Source: Schizochytrium sp. TIO01
Taxonomy: Eukaryota; Protista; Bigyra: Labyrinthulomycetes
Assembly (NCBI GenBank): GCA_004764695.1
Contig: SMSO01000014.1
Span: 3,529,648 to 3,593,647 of the forward strand
DNA: 64,000 bases
Reading direction: 5' to 3'
Within the stretch, counting starts at the first letter, position 1. Every line of letters begins with the position of its first letter. This document shows positions 36,852 to 49,800 of this stretch, in pieces. Below the pieces are notes generated by a model. It was given only the letters and a program-made list of their open reading frames with translations. It searched no databases and was not told where the DNA came from. Position numbers and translations under genes: made by a program.

Positions 36852-37763
36852 CTTAGCTATCTATGGCTTAGCGCTGTGTTGATGCAAGAATTACCGCTGT
36901 TCTTGGCGAGAAGAGATGAATGTGCTCTCACTTTGACCAACAGGGACCTCTCTACTTCTCCCCCTTCCTACGGCAAACGTCCAAGGAGGCAATTTGTTCA
37001 AAGCGGATCAAACTACCAGGGTAGCCAACCTTTGTCCCCCAGATTAGTGAAGCTTCGCGAGCGCCGCAAGCTAAACGGATTGCGCTTCGAGCGGACGGTG
37101 ATGACCAACTGTTGTTTGCCTGAAAATTAATACCTCGCTAAATCCCTAATAGAATATTAAGATTGCTAGAAGGTAGAGAAGGTAGGCGACGATTAATGAA
37201 AGGGGCTTAGTTTATTAGGTAAGAGGCTCCTACGTAGCAAGTACCCAAGCCAAAGAAAATATCTTAGAGCTTAATCATCAGGATGTGCTTGTATTAGCTT
37301 GCCAAGTCGAAAGGGCCGAGCGTATGTGATTTATTACTCATTTTCTGGAGCTAGATGAAAAAAGATCACCCCCTTTCAAGTTGAAATTACGACTGGGATC
37401 CAAATTAGCAAACAATGTGAGAGTAAATGAGGTTATTTTGGTGCAGGAATTTGTGAGATACCCACTGGCGCTTGTTTCTTTAAATAAAGTCAAAGAGAAG
37501 CTTGCTGGCTCAAAGTGATATTATAGACAAGAAGGTTCGCAAGGTACTAAAGGATAAAGATTTCAAGGTAATCAAGGAAAGGATAGGAACTGATGAGGGT
37601 GTAAAGTAGTGATAATTGAAAAGTCCCAAGTCTCAATGGTTAGTGCAATGCAATAACGCCGGTGTATGGCTATCAGAGCGGGAATGGACAGGAGAACCTT
37701 GAACAACGACGTAGCATATAAATCGGCAGTAGGCAGACGAACATGAGGAAAGTTTTATTGTAT

Positions 37764-38591
37764 TTACTCCTCGCAGAGCTTCTTGTAGGCGTCCTCGTCG
37801 AGGAGGCTGTCGAGCTCAGACTTGTCGGTCATCTCCATCTTGATGAACCAACCGTCGCTCATGGCGTCAGTGTTAACGAGCTCAGGGTTCTCAACAACGC
37901 TCTCGTTGACCTCAAGAACCTTGCCGGAGACCGGGGCGTACACATCAGATGCTGCCTTAACGGACTCAACGGAGCCGAAGGAGTCACCCTTGTCGAAGGT
38001 GTCACCAACCTACACGTTAAAACATATTATCACAAACATATCAATCCCACCGATGCAGGTCAGCCCATCAAGACCACAATTTCCATGTGCAGCACACGAT
38101 CAACAGATCGAATGAACACATATTCACACGCGCCATTCCATGAAGAGCAACATATCGCATTGAAGGATTTTAGCAGAAAAGCAGTCCGAGTTAGTCATTC
38201 ATGCACTTAATAAAATCCCGTGGATTCACCTAGAGTATACGCAGGCATAGCCCATCAACGCCGTCCCTAGATTAGAGCTTTCTGTTGTGGCTATTGTCAT
38301 ATCATCATTGGCGTCCGAGTGAAGATTTCGACTCAATCAAATCGAAGAAAAGAGCTGCAAACGTACCGAAGGAAGGTCGACGTAGACTACATCACCGAGC
38401 TGGGTCTGGGCAAAGTCTGAGATACCAATGACGGCCTTGTTGTCCTCCACGCGGACATACTCGTGCGACTCGAGGTACTTGAAGGTGGAGAAGGAGCGAG
38501 CGGAGGCCGCCATAGGGCGAACCGCCGGGGCCCAGCGAGAGGTCGGGCGCGCCGCGAAGGAGCGGGCGGACTGTCTCATAATCTGCATCAT
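37764..38591 (-). CDS. GCSH: Glycine cleavage system H protein, mitochondrial; exons 38591-38367 and 38009-37764, 156 aa
   Basis: Exon 1 has an Arg/Ser/Ala-rich presequence and [26 protein letters not shown]. Exon 2 has the lipoyl-Lys motif [16 protein letters not shown] and GWFIK; stop TAA at 37764-37766. Confidence 0.96.
38010..38366 (-). other. Spliceosomal intron (357 nt, phase 0) in GCSH
   Basis: Minus-strand donor GTACGT at 38366 and acceptor TAG ending at 38010; splicing gives [13 protein letters not shown] in frame. Confidence 0.93.
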
Positions 38592-38737
38592 GGTTCCTGG
38601 AGGAGAGTTGAGCGCGAAGAGCGAGATGACTTGCGGCGGCGAGAGGACTTGCGCGGCTTGCTGGACTGCTGGACTGCTGGAGCGGCGGCTTCTTCTTCTT
38701 CTTCTTCTTCTTCTCTTCCTCCTTTTTATTTACTATA

Positions 38738-38768
<31 letters not shown>

Positions 38769-39129
38769 TAATTTATTGTAATAACTATTGTTATATTATT
38801 GCTACCATGTAATAGGTAATGTATGTAGTAGAGGCCTATTTATCGTTCACTATTGTTCACTGCTTCAAGTCGCCTTTCTCGCAGACCCCATTTACTACTA
38901 TAGCTTTTATCCTCCTCGATACAGTGATTTATAACCACTATAGTTCACTTGCGTGGATCCAACGCGCTCATCGAAGTGAAGAAACAAGTTTGAAACAAAC
39001 ACAAACATGTAAATATTTAGATCAACAATCCACAAATAACAAATAAACCAAAAATTAAATCGGTGTGCCTTAATACATAGAAAGAAAGAAAGAAAGAAAG
39101 AAAGTAAGAAATAGAAAAAGAGTGATTCG

Positions 39130-39168
39130 TTCATTCATTCATTCATTCATTCATTCATTCATTCATTC
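39130..39168. repeat. (TTCA)n microsatellite
   Basis: Direct reading. Confidence 0.9.
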
Positions 39169-40658
39169 CAGCAGGGAGGAAGGGTAAGCGGCGGATCTAA
39201 GTGCTTGCAAGGGCTTTCTTTTTACGAGGGTGCGCACGGTAGGCGGTGTAATGGTTGTTTCCTCACTTACTCAGCCTACTTCAGAGTTTATTTCACATCG
39301 CTTTTTCCTTTTGGGATTATTCACTGCTTTTGTTGAGGACTGTTGGTATCGCTATTGGGTATCACTCGTGTAGAAGTCGTATAGTGCAAACACTAGCAGG
39401 GCGCTGAGATTACTTCTCGAGAGTCCAAAGGGACAGACGGACGCAAACATACATAGAAAGGCACAATCAGAAATAAAAATACATCATGGATCGAGCACGA
39501 TGGATCAGCGTAGAAAAGCTTGTGGCGATCCTCCTCGCTCGGAGATAGTGTGGTTTAAAGGGCGCGTTTGCATCGAGGCATCTGGCCCAGGCCGAGTTTT
39601 GTGAATTGCAAACCAATCTCTCATCGTGGGAAATAAGATGGAGTGGTACAAAGGAAAAACGAATCATTCATTTCCCTCAATGTCTTTTCATTTCCAAGTC
39701 CATTTTTTCGATTAAAAACAATTAAATCGACGACTGCAGAAAGAACGCCAAGCACTAAGAGCGACTAGGAGCTGGTAGGGACGAGAATAAAATGAACACG
39801 TGAGAACAAGGTGAGTGAGTGTTCTAGGATAGATCTAAAAAGGAAATGGACGGTGAGTTAGAATGTTCGGTATTACAATAATGCCAAAGAGGAACAGCGA
39901 AGAACACTTGGAGGCATAAAGTACGAGGCAGTGCGGATGAGGAGGAAGATGAGAGAACAGGGTGAACTTGAACTTGGAGTGGAAATTGCAGATTGAAAGC
40001 GACTGAAGAAGCCGCCAGAGGAGAGGCAGCAGAAAGCTGAAAGAAAAGCAGCGAGGGGGAAGGTGGCATGAGGAATGGATGGGAGGGTTTGCCAGATTAA
40101 GACGAAGAAAGCAACCATCGTGTTGCCAGACTTCTTTTCTTTTTTTACTACTCATCGTCTCCTCTGTATCCTCAGCTTGGGGTTGCTTTGGGTAAGTAGG
40201 TATTTTTTTGGTTTTTTCGATGATGGGAAGAGTTTGCACAGCTTTGTAGCATATGGTGATGCCGAAGGAACTCGATGTACGCCAAACCACCAGACCTAAG
40301 GCGCGTTTCGGGCAGTCTCTTATTTATACAGCTCGGCCTATGGGTGGGCTGTAAGCTCTATTCTCGTTCAATTTAGTTTACTCAGGAATGAATGAAGGAA
40401 TGAATGATAGAGATAGCTCTTCCATTTTAGTTTCTGCTAAAGTCAAAAAATTAATTTAACATGAAATAAAAAGAGAGATTATAATTGTATTGGTCATGTT
40501 CGCTCGATGTGCGATCGAATCAGAACAGGGGCTGACAAATAGACCTGCCGAGCAAGCATACTTCAAGCGTACTAGAGTTTTGTGCAGCTAAGGCTATGGT
40601 GCAAATGCTGCTGCCGTCTCTCTCATCATGATCTACGTGCATGCTTATAAGCATGCAT

Positions 40659-40734
<76 letters not shown>
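40659..40734. repeat. (AAGC)n microsatellite
   Basis: Direct reading. Confidence 0.95.
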
Positions 40735-43512
40735 AAATAAACAAACAAATAAGCATACCTTACCACCGCTTAGACACCTGACACAGTTGTAATGCGTTGA
40801 AAAGCGAAACTGCTGACGTGGGCCACAGAAGATGGCAAACTATCGAACTTAAGATCAATATCATGTGAACGCATATCTTCTTCGTAGCCTTGGATTATAA
40901 AGAGCGTTTCCAGCTCGAACAGCTGCTGTTTCACGGAGATTCGAGACATGGGTTTACAAGAAAAGATGAGGCCGCCGCGGTCCGTGCTCTGTGACGACCG
41001 TCGAGTTTTTAATTCTGCTTCTCCCTTGGGTTCTGAACGTTGTGATAAATTGTAGGGCAGCAACTTTGTGGAATGTAATGCAGCATAAAACAGCGAAAAG
41101 TCTGCACATGTCGTGAAAGAGGGAAGAGTCATAAGGCATCTCCTGTCGTGGCTCCGTCCTTGTCAGCGTCCCCTGTATGCCAGTAAGTTCATGAGACTTC
41201 ATGCTTTCCTTTTTGTACTTTTCTGAACGTCAGTATCAATTAGAAGTATATACGCACCACTGTCCATGCATGCACATGAAACTTCGAATTGAAAGGTCTC
41301 TCTAGAAAACACAAGTTGGTTTTGAAGGACTCCATGGGAATACGAGGGAACAATTCCAGGAGCAAGATGTGCTTGAAGCGGACAAGTCGGAGTTCTGGCC
41401 CGTTCTCACAGTTGGTGAACTGGTTCTTTCATGTAAATGAGCAGAAGGACTGCTCTAGGCAAATAGTCAAGGTATATATATTAATTTGCCCGACTGTTGT
41501 GAATGTGGATAGCTACAACGCTGATTTTCTTCGCCCTAATTACAATCCATCAAAGAGTTTCATTGAATACTTTACATTTTTTCAACTCATTTTTATTTTT
41601 ATTTTTTTAATTAAAAGAACCCCAGAAGACAAGTATTTCAAGCTTTGTTTCAAGGCTCTGGATTGCAGCGGGGTGGCTCCTGAGACTTTGGGAAAGGGAT
41701 ATTAGTTCAAGATATTTGGAGTCTCTCCGAAGAGTTTAAAAGGAAGATATTGGTCCAAGTTGTTCAAGGCTAGATTTACAGTTTTGGAGTAAGCGATCCA
41801 TCGGGAAAAGATGTAATACCTAGTACTACCTAGGTACGTACTTTCGCTGTAAGCAACCATTAGTAGTACGTAGTCCTGATATTGCTAATGAACCAATCGT
41901 GAATTTCTTGGAGGCGCCCTTACTTTCCCACAGAGCCACAATTGTAGATTCAAGTGAGCAGTGGATTTTTAATAAGTAGTGTTGCTGGTTTATTCCCACG
42001 AGCCTTATTCGGTTTCAACGGTGGCGAGAGATCGCCTACAAGTAGGGTCAACGCCAGTTTTCCGATTAATGAAGAAAATGTTATAAAACTGAGACCGACC
42101 GGCTGGCTGGCCGGCAATTGAAAACCTTCTAACTTAGCGTATAAAGGGAATACAACGATGCTAGAACGGGGCTTTTGGCAAGGCTGAAATAAAACACACA
42201 TTTTAATTAAAACAATAAGTATAGTAGCGATAGTACCTACTGTAATGTCGCGGTGCTCTCGCAGACGATAGAAACATCTTATGTGAACAGGCGCTGCCTA
42301 CCTACAATAGAGATGTATCAAGAACATTTTCCTACAATTTTATAGACAATAGAAACCATAATGTGCCATGGCACCTTATTTAATTTTTGCGAGCCTGTGA
42401 TGATGATAAATTATTTCATGCTGCAGCAGTTGGGTAGAGTGAAAGCTCAGCCAGTAAGCCTTGATAAGCTAGCAGCGGGAGCTTGCAAGACCATTCTCAA
42501 CTCGACGAGAATACAAAAACTTAGGCAAGGCGACAAAAACTAACCTGTTGCCATTACGTTTCAGACAGAGGCCCGGCACAAAGAAGATAGGACACAATAT
42601 TAGTAGGTAGGTAGCAGTATTAGTATTGTCCCGCTACCATTCACTATCAAATATCTGTCTATCATTCTAAACTAAGAATGGTGGTTTCCTATCTATCCCA
42701 TTTCGTAAGCTAGTGGATGCAACGGTGATACAAAAAGTCCTTCTTGGTGTGAGCCCTGTGCAAAGCTTGCAAGCCAAAGTGAAATGCGGCTACCTAGGTG
42801 TAAGGTTGAGATAAGACAGAGAACCTGTACCCAACCACAGCGTAAGGACGACGATAAGGAAGACGCAGAGAAAGACTTGTGTTTCTCGGTTTACCCTGCA
42901 CGTCACCATCGCAAAGAAGTGGTGCTAGTTCCAGAAACACTAATATAGTGGGTAGCTAGCTATCTATCTACCTACCTACTTTCCTTGGTATTATCTTCGA
43001 AAAAGTTATATTTAATGTGCGTTATGAAATATGGTACAACTTATAAAAAGGATCAGATAATTAAGTCACGAACATGGCGGACGAACATATATACATATAG
43101 ACGTACGGATTTCCCTTTTATACATATATGATGTAACTGTGCCTTCTACAATGATCATGAGAATGATTGACTAAATGAATGATTTGTAATTTTCATTGCA
43201 TCAGAACCAGTGCTTTCACCAGTGAAAAACACTTCACTTCAATTGCTACTACGGATCGCGAAACCTCTAAACACGTTCATGAGAAACCCAAAGATAAGTT
43301 TCGCCATGCCTCCTGTTTATTTAAAGTAGCTCTAACGATACATTGTGTGCGCAATAATAGAGTAGCACGTCATCGAGTGTCATAGAATGTTTGATCCTTA
43401 GTTCCCCCAAGAAACATATTTGACCTCCTTGAACTTGCACACGATCGATAGATCAAACATTGAGGGAATGGCAATGACCACAGCATTTGAATTCTTCCTC
43501 TTGAAACTATAA

Positions 43513-45801
43513 TTAGTTATCATATTCGATTGTACCATTCATAGCAGATATTAATGCAGATTGAAGGGCCGCAGCCCTAGCAAGATCAAAGATTGTCCCA
43601 TCAGACGATGAATTTTCCAATGAATTAAGCTCAGCAAAGGCACGCTGGAGTTGATCTACACGCATACAATGCTCATTTAGCAAGTAAAGATAGTTGGCAC
43701 TATTCTCTACTGTCTGCGGGTCTAAAAGCTGAGCACGCAATTCATCAGCGGAATGTTGAAGTGCCCGGCGAAAATTAGTCTGCTTACGGATAGTTTCGGA
43801 CCTCCGCAGTAGTGCCCGACGTGTCGCTGCTAATAGATCAACAGTTGGGATTTCTTGCAAATGAATAGCTTCTCGTCTGATATGTGATACGAGAGTTTCC
43901 AATGGTTCTCTTTCCATACTACCCACAACCCAACGAGTACTACCACTACCGGTATCAATCATCAGCTCGTGCCTTTGAGAGTATACGTGCGTTCCGTCAT
44001 GGGACATACTCGGTATCGATTCCAATTTTATTTTCATAGGTTCTTCAAGAATTGTACAGTGTGCCATAGATTGCTCCATGTCGCTTTCAAAAGCCAAGAG
44101 GCTATGACCAACGCACACAAGCCATACAGGCTCGACACCGCTAGCAGACGATGAGGAGTCTGCTGTAGGAGACGGGACAGTAGTAGACTCACGTGCATTT
44201 GAAGGCGAGTTCGAAGAAGAGGATGAAGACGAGGATGCGGTGTTATGTATCGGTAAGATCGAGAGTTCGAACCATCCCCGGAATGCTGTGTCTGGAATCT
44301 CGAGTGATCTCGAAAGTGGCAGACTAGTTCTATTTTTCATTGATAAACTGGGTCGGGGTTGATTCCTTACGTCATTCGATGGATTCTTGTTTTGTGCTTG
44401 TGCTAGGGCCTCTTGAAGCCGTGCATTTTCGACTGCAATTCGCTCGAACTCGCTAAGAACGCTATCCATTTGGTCTTCGAAAAAATTCCTTTCGTCAATG
44501 CGCAAAATTTGTTGTTCTTGGAGCAGCGCAAACAATTGCTGGCGATTAAGTGATTCTGTTTCTGGAAATGTTGACCCGAGAGAAGCCATGGATATTGACG
44601 ACCCTTGGCGGACCGCGGCTCGTCCATCAGAAAACGTGGGTACAGGAGTACTTTGACTTTGTGAAAGACGGATTGGAGTCTCGCTGGCAATTGTGGATGA
44701 CTGAGCAGCACCAGCAGAACCACTAACACCGACGCCAGATGGTGGATTTATCAGCCCTACGCCAACGGAGGAAAGCCGACCAGGAGTTTGCAGCGGGGAG
44801 TAACCTGCTAAAGGTGGAACTGCCACGAGGCCGCTACCTTCGCGACTGTGAAAGCCTGAAGACGGCGTCCCATTCGCCGTTGCAGCTGTAAATGTCGCCA
44901 ATGATCGTGGTGAAACGGAGTTTCTATCGGTATAAGCTGATGTGGAGCTTGCTCTAGACTCCGCGTCCCGTGCCTTCTTGCGTTCCTTTTTACGCTGCCG
45001 TTTAAGCTCCTTCTTTTCTTTTTTCTCACGCTTACGCTCCTTCTTAAGACGGTGTGCTCTCTCCTGCTCGGTTTCGTGACTCGCGAGTTCAGGGGACTTA
45101 AGGTTGCTCACGTCACTTTTAGTGTGTATAATCTTTACGGTATCACTGTCATCTTCATTCTCATCATCATCGTCATCTTCGTCGTCATTATCACCACCAC
45201 TGCCAAAGTCATGTCGAGACGCCCTTCCATGTGGGGGCTCTGGGTCGCTAACAGTATGTTTTCTCCTCAGCGAGGTTGGCGTTCCTAGTCGTCTCTGTGT
45301 TGTGATTTGAGGTATCTGCTGATCTTGCACTTGCGGGTCTCCCTGCAGAGTGTCCATTCTAGAAACCTGACTCTGCTGCAAAAAATTATTCTGATATTGG
45401 TGCTGAACCTGCTGATTTTGAGGATTTTGCAATCTATATTGCAGAGAGCTCTGCCCAGGATGCTTTGGAGGCGTTAGCCTCGATGTCGACGATCTCGAGT
45501 TATCATCTTGCAGCTCATTTCGGATGCCAGGACTCAATAAGTTTCTGCTCGATACCCCGATGCTAGATCCGCGAGTGTCAATCGCTCCTGGAGATCTCGA
45601 AGCAAGGGAATTTGACCCTGTTATTGAGCTGCGCGAGTTGACTGCAGAATTACTCCTAAAGGAGTCGTTGTTGCCTTGAAGATTCGAGGAGGGTCTTAAC
45701 GCAGCTGAGGAGGAGGATCCAGAGTCAACGCTTCGCACAGAGTCCAGGCTTGAGCGGTCCTGCGAACCCTGACGCCCAGAAGGGCCCGTGGGACTGGACA
45801 T
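43513..45801 (-). CDS. Hypothetical protein: low-complexity N-half, Lys/Arg-rich patch, coiled coil, PH-like domain, helical tail; about 762 aa
   Basis: Long ORF, first ATG at 45801. Coiled coil LSEFERIAVENARLQEALAQ. PH-like strand/helix order FRGWFEL...VWLVCVGHSLLAFES...HELMIDT...RWVVGSMEREPLETLVSHIRR. Confidence 0.75.
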   Translation of the reverse strand: MSSPTGPSGRQGSQDRSSLDSVRSVDSGSSSSAALRPSSNLQGNNDSFRSNSAVNSRSSITGSNSLASRSPGAIDTRGSSIGVSSRNLLSPGIRNELQDDNSRSSTSRLTPPKHPGQSSLQYRLQNPQNQQVQHQYQNNFLQQSQVSRMDTLQGDPQVQDQQIPQITTQRRLGTPTSLRRKHTVSDPEPPHGRASRHDFGSGGDNDDEDDDDDENEDDSDTVKIIHTKSDVSNLKSPELASHETEQERAHRLKKERKREKKEKKELKRQRKKERKKARDAESRASSTSAYTDRNSVSPRSLATFTAATANGTPSSGFHSREGSGLVAVPPLAGYSPLQTPGRLSSVGVGLINPPSGVGVSGSAGAAQSSTIASETPIRLSQSQSTPVPTFSDGRAAVRQGSSISMASLGSTFPETESLNRQQLFALLQEQQILRIDERNFFEDQMDSVLSEFERIAVENARLQEALAQAQNKNPSNDVRNQPRPSLSMKNRTSLPLSRSLEIPDTAFRGWFELSILPIHNTASSSSSSSSNSPSNARESTTVPSPTADSSSSASGVEPVWLVCVGHSLLAFESDMEQSMAHCTILEEPMKIKLESIPSMSHDGTHVYSQRHELMIDTGSGSTRWVVGSMEREPLETLVSHIRREAIHLQEIPTVDLLAATRRALLRRSETIRKQTNFRRALQHSADELRAQLLDPQTVENSANYLYLLNEHCMRVDQLQRAFAELNSLENSSSDGTIFDLARAAALQSALISAMNGTIEYDN

Positions 45802-47511
45802 CTGGTGAACGGCGCTGTCCACGCGACGGGGGACGACGGCGTGCAAGCAAGAGCTGCGCTTTCTTGCCTCAAATAAATTTTTGTTGTTGTCGATCGTTTA
45901 TTCCTGCATCTCACTCGCTGATCTCTTTATCTCTTTTGTTTTAGTTTAAAAAGAAGAACGAGGTTCTTCTTCTTTCTAAGGTTGAGAAAGGAAAAAAAAA
46001 AGGAACACTGGAACAGAACGGAACGGCAGACGATCGAGCGAGCCTTATATGCTCGCTCAAGAGTACTGCACTTGCAATGGTCTAACGATTTTATCAAAGT
46101 GCTCTCTCCTACATCACTGAGGCAAACATATGTGAGATTAGTAATTTACAGCATTTCTGGAGGGATTCTGCCGTCTTGATATATGCGTCAGGCAGTAATA
46201 TGCACAGTGCAGCAATATTTAGAGTGAGTATCTAATAATCAATGAATTCTACTGTTTGTGGAGATGATATCAACGCCAAGGTTTTGGTCGCGAGTTCTTA
46301 TGCTACTATATATGGAGAAGACCTTCCGTATAGTCGCCACATTTTGCATTGGTGCTCCCCCTTTAGATGGCTTCAAGCTCGGTGGCGTGTGCTGCTCCAA
46401 GAAGATCAAGAAAGGCCCTTTCCTTTATCTTTCGCCGCACCACGTGTGTGCACATACAATATCTCTTCTGAAATGGGGGGAAACTCTTCAGAAAATACGG
46501 TTTGGCAAGAAGCTGCACAAAACCTTGAAGCCCTCGCTCGCCGTGAAGTGGGGTCGAGCTGGTGCACGAGCTAGCTTGCAATAGAATTCTGCGAGGAAAC
46601 CGTCTCTCGACAGCAGGTACGAGTAGGAGCAGCTCAGCTCAGCTCAGCTCAGCTCAAAGTCCAAATGGCCCAGCTAGTCACTAAGCCTCCCGTATTCCTA
46701 AGCCGCTTCTGTGTAGGTCCCCACAGCGGCTGCCGAAACAAATGCACGAGATAGTCCCAACTCGAGGAGTCTCGTGGCGTGCGTGGCCTTCTTGCAGCAG
46801 CCCGTCAAGAACGCGAACCAGGCAAGTTCGCGCCGCCAAACCAAAGCAGCCAGCGTCTCCAGCCGCCCCGGCACTCTCGTGCGGACGTCGGTCTGCGGCG
46901 AAGAGGAAAGAGCCCGTCCAAAAGCAGTGACGTCTTTCTCTTTTTGGATGGCGGACAGATGCAGATGAATAAAAGATACTGCTCACTCCCAGTTTGCGGC
47001 ACGTGCTCGAGACGACCAAAGCGAGGCAAGTCCTTCGAGACAGCGCGCCAAGCCCAAGGCGAAGGCAACCAACCGCAAAGCGCTGCCCAGCGTGCCTGAA
47101 GAAGAGACATCTCGGGACCCGAAGACCTGGCTACGCGAGACCTTCCCGAGCTCGGCCTTGGGCTGGCAAGCTTCAAGTTGGCGCAGATCGTTGATTTGAT
47201 TAAGAAGGCGCTTTCTCTGTGAAGAAGCTAAGCTCGTGTGAGAAGAAGAAGGCCATCTGCGTGTTCCTGAAGCGCTCTCAGAGTGTAGGGTGGCGCCTCT
47301 GCCACGCTCGGTCGTTCACTTGTCTGCTGTGTCGCGGGTGTGTGGAACGGAGCGGAGGCGGCCCTGAGCTGCACAACGAAGGCACAGGCGACAGGTGCAG
47401 GCGGAGGGAAGGAGCACCTGCGCAGCTGCTTGTGCTTGACCGTCTAGCTAGCACAGAAAGAACCAAGGAGCGAGTCAAGGAGAAGGAACTGGAGAAAGGC
47501 TTTCTTGTTGG

Positions 47512-47621
47512 AAACAAACAAACAAACAAACAGACAAACAAATACAAACAAACAAACAAACAAACAAACAAACAAACAAACAAACAAACAAACAAACAAA
47601 CAAACAAACAAACAAACAAAC
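47512..47621. repeat. (AAAC)n microsatellite
   Basis: Direct reading, two imperfect units. Confidence 0.95.
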
Positions 47622-47745
47622 GAGCTTGACCTCTGGCAGCCGTCGCAGCGACCAGAGGCAAAGCAAACAGTAGGAGCCGCGGCAAGTGGGGTCGATCTCA
47701 GCGCATTGCGATGGCTCAGGAAAGGACGATCGACCACTTTCGATT

Positions 47746-47790
<45 letters not shown>
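47746..47790. repeat. (AATC)n microsatellite
   Basis: Direct reading. Confidence 0.95.
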
Positions 47791-47792
<2 letters not shown>

Positions 47793-48574
47793 CGATTCAT
47801 TGATCCAAAGAATCGACCTAAGTCTGCAAAAGCAAAAATCGAGGGCGAAAAGAAGTGCAGAAATCCAACGGGCCACCCTACAGACGCCCTCTCTCGCACA
47901 CTGCCTCTGAGGCCCTCAGTGGGCTGTGAGGAGAGGATTTGCGCACACATGCACCGTGAGCCACCCTACGGAGAGGCCTCGATCCGCTCCAGCTGAACCA
48001 CGTTTCATAGAACCAAGGCAGTCTTGAAGACCTGTTGAGAAAGAACCACGACTTGGAGAAGACCTGAAGACCCGAAGCAGAGCTGAGCAGGGCAGAGCAA
48101 AGCGACCGCTGGAGACCCGGGGTTGCAGGCAGACAGGGCAGAGAGGAGGCTGGAGCGAGGGAGCGAGCGGCCGACGTGGCTTTTTTGAAGAAGGAGGCAG
48201 AGAAGGTTTGGAAGAGCAGCGCAGAAAAAGAAGGAAGGAAGGAAAAAAGAAGTAAAAAGAAACCTTTTAAAAGGTGGCCAAGAGAGTTAGTTAGTTGAGA
48301 GAGAGAGCAGAGACTCGTTGGTTCTTCTTATTCTTATTCTTATTCTCCTCCTTCTTGTTCGTCTCCCTCGAAGCCCTCCTGAAGCCGAGGAAGACGAGCA
48401 GACGAGCAGAGAGGTCCTCCGCAAAGGCCTCGAGCGGGGTGCCTGAGCTCGAACGTCTGCGGCGTGGCCCTCCTTCTGTGGCGCGAGGGTGGTTACCGCT
48501 AACAGCGCCACCCTATGAAGTTGGAACATGTTGGCTCAATCTTCGCCACTTTTCACTTTACTTTTTAATTAATT

Positions 48575-48705
48575 AACTCAACTCAACTCAACTCAACTCA
48601 ACTCAACTCAACTCAACTCAACTCAACTCAACTCAACTCAACTCAACTCAACTCAACTCAACTCAACTCAACTCAACTCAACTCAACTCAACTCAACTCA
48701 ACTCA
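48575..48705. repeat. Perfect (AACTC)n pentanucleotide repeat, about 26 units
   Basis: Direct reading. Confidence 0.97.
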
Positions 48706-49679
48706 GGTGAATGCAGATCCATCTTAGCTCCTCCCAAGAAATCGAAAGAAATCGAGAATGCATCGAAAATGCAAGTTCAATCATCGAAGAGTTCAATCAT
48801 CGCCTGCGTGACGGGGAAAGAGAAGACCTTGAGAGCCGCGTGGGCTCAGGAGACGAAAGCGGCGTGCCTGACACGTCTTAGGCCGCTTCCTCTGTGCGCG
48901 TGAGAGCCCGTGGATCGACTTCGAACTGCGATTAGAATGGCAGAGCAGAAACCGCTTTCAGACCCGTGGGAAGCGCGGGAAAAAGAAGGTCCTGGGCGAA
49001 CGTGATGGCAATCATCGCTCGCTCGTTAGATTGATAGACCGCTCGATCGACCGGCCGGCCGTCCATAGTTTGCATCGCAGCGCGGTCGCTGCGAAGGAGG
49101 CGTCCGTCTGATCTGAAATAAACGGGTTTGGTTGGCACTCACTCGCGCTGCTCGAGCCTCTTCTTGAACTTCGTTGAATTTGTTCTTGTTTTGCTTTTTA
49201 TGCTGCTCACGTTCAGGTTTTCCAGAGAAATTATATAAGATAGCAGAAGAAAGAAACTGTAAATTGTCAATCGTTGAAACGGGTAGCAGCGGATAGGCGG
49301 AGCTTAGGCGGTGTGCAGGATGACAAAGTTACCTGGGATTTGTTAGTTTTCTATTTAAAGTTAAGTTAGAATGACTCTAAACCTTAGGTCAATCAAAGCT
49401 TCGCTTCCGTAGGGTGGCGCTGCTGTGAAGAAGTTGGTCATTGGGAATTAGGAAGGTACAGCCTGTTAGTTTTATGAAAGGAGGTCGTCGTGATCTTAGG
49501 ACCTCGAATTCCCTTCTGCAGTTGCTGCGTGGAAGACTTGATGACAAGAGGAGCAAAACCTAAATAGAGCAAGGCCACGCCGAATTCAAGAGCAGCGACC
49601 TGCGACCGAGGGCTGGCTGGCTGGCTGGCTGAGAAGTACTGCTAGGACACTGGGGAGGCCGAACAAGAGCAGTGGAGAC

Positions 49680-49718
<39 letters not shown>
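49680..49718. repeat. (CAAG)n microsatellite just upstream of the RING gene
   Basis: Direct reading. Confidence 0.9.
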
Positions 49719-49800
49719 CGCAAGCGACGATCAGCGAGAACTGACGGAAAGCGAAAGTCACGAGGTGACAGTTTAGTTGGAAACGAAGTGGTTTTCAAGG

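Noticed and set aside
37743-38210. 155-aa plus-strand ORF
   Set aside because: It is the antisense shadow of GCSH exon 2 and its intron.
40770-41132. Minus-strand peptide MSRISVKQQLFELETLFII as a possible PIF/Harbinger transposase N-terminal relic
   Set aside because: The resemblance is vague, and no DDE core, terminal inverted repeats or target-site duplication were found.
46242-47910. Cluster of overlapping 100-136 aa ORFs
   Set aside because: GC-rich, microsatellite-containing intergenic/UTR DNA between divergent genes, with no domain motifs.
48575-48705. (AACTC)n as an interstitial telomeric repeat
   Set aside because: It lacks the G-run (TTAGGG-like) structure and is treated as an ordinary microsatellite.
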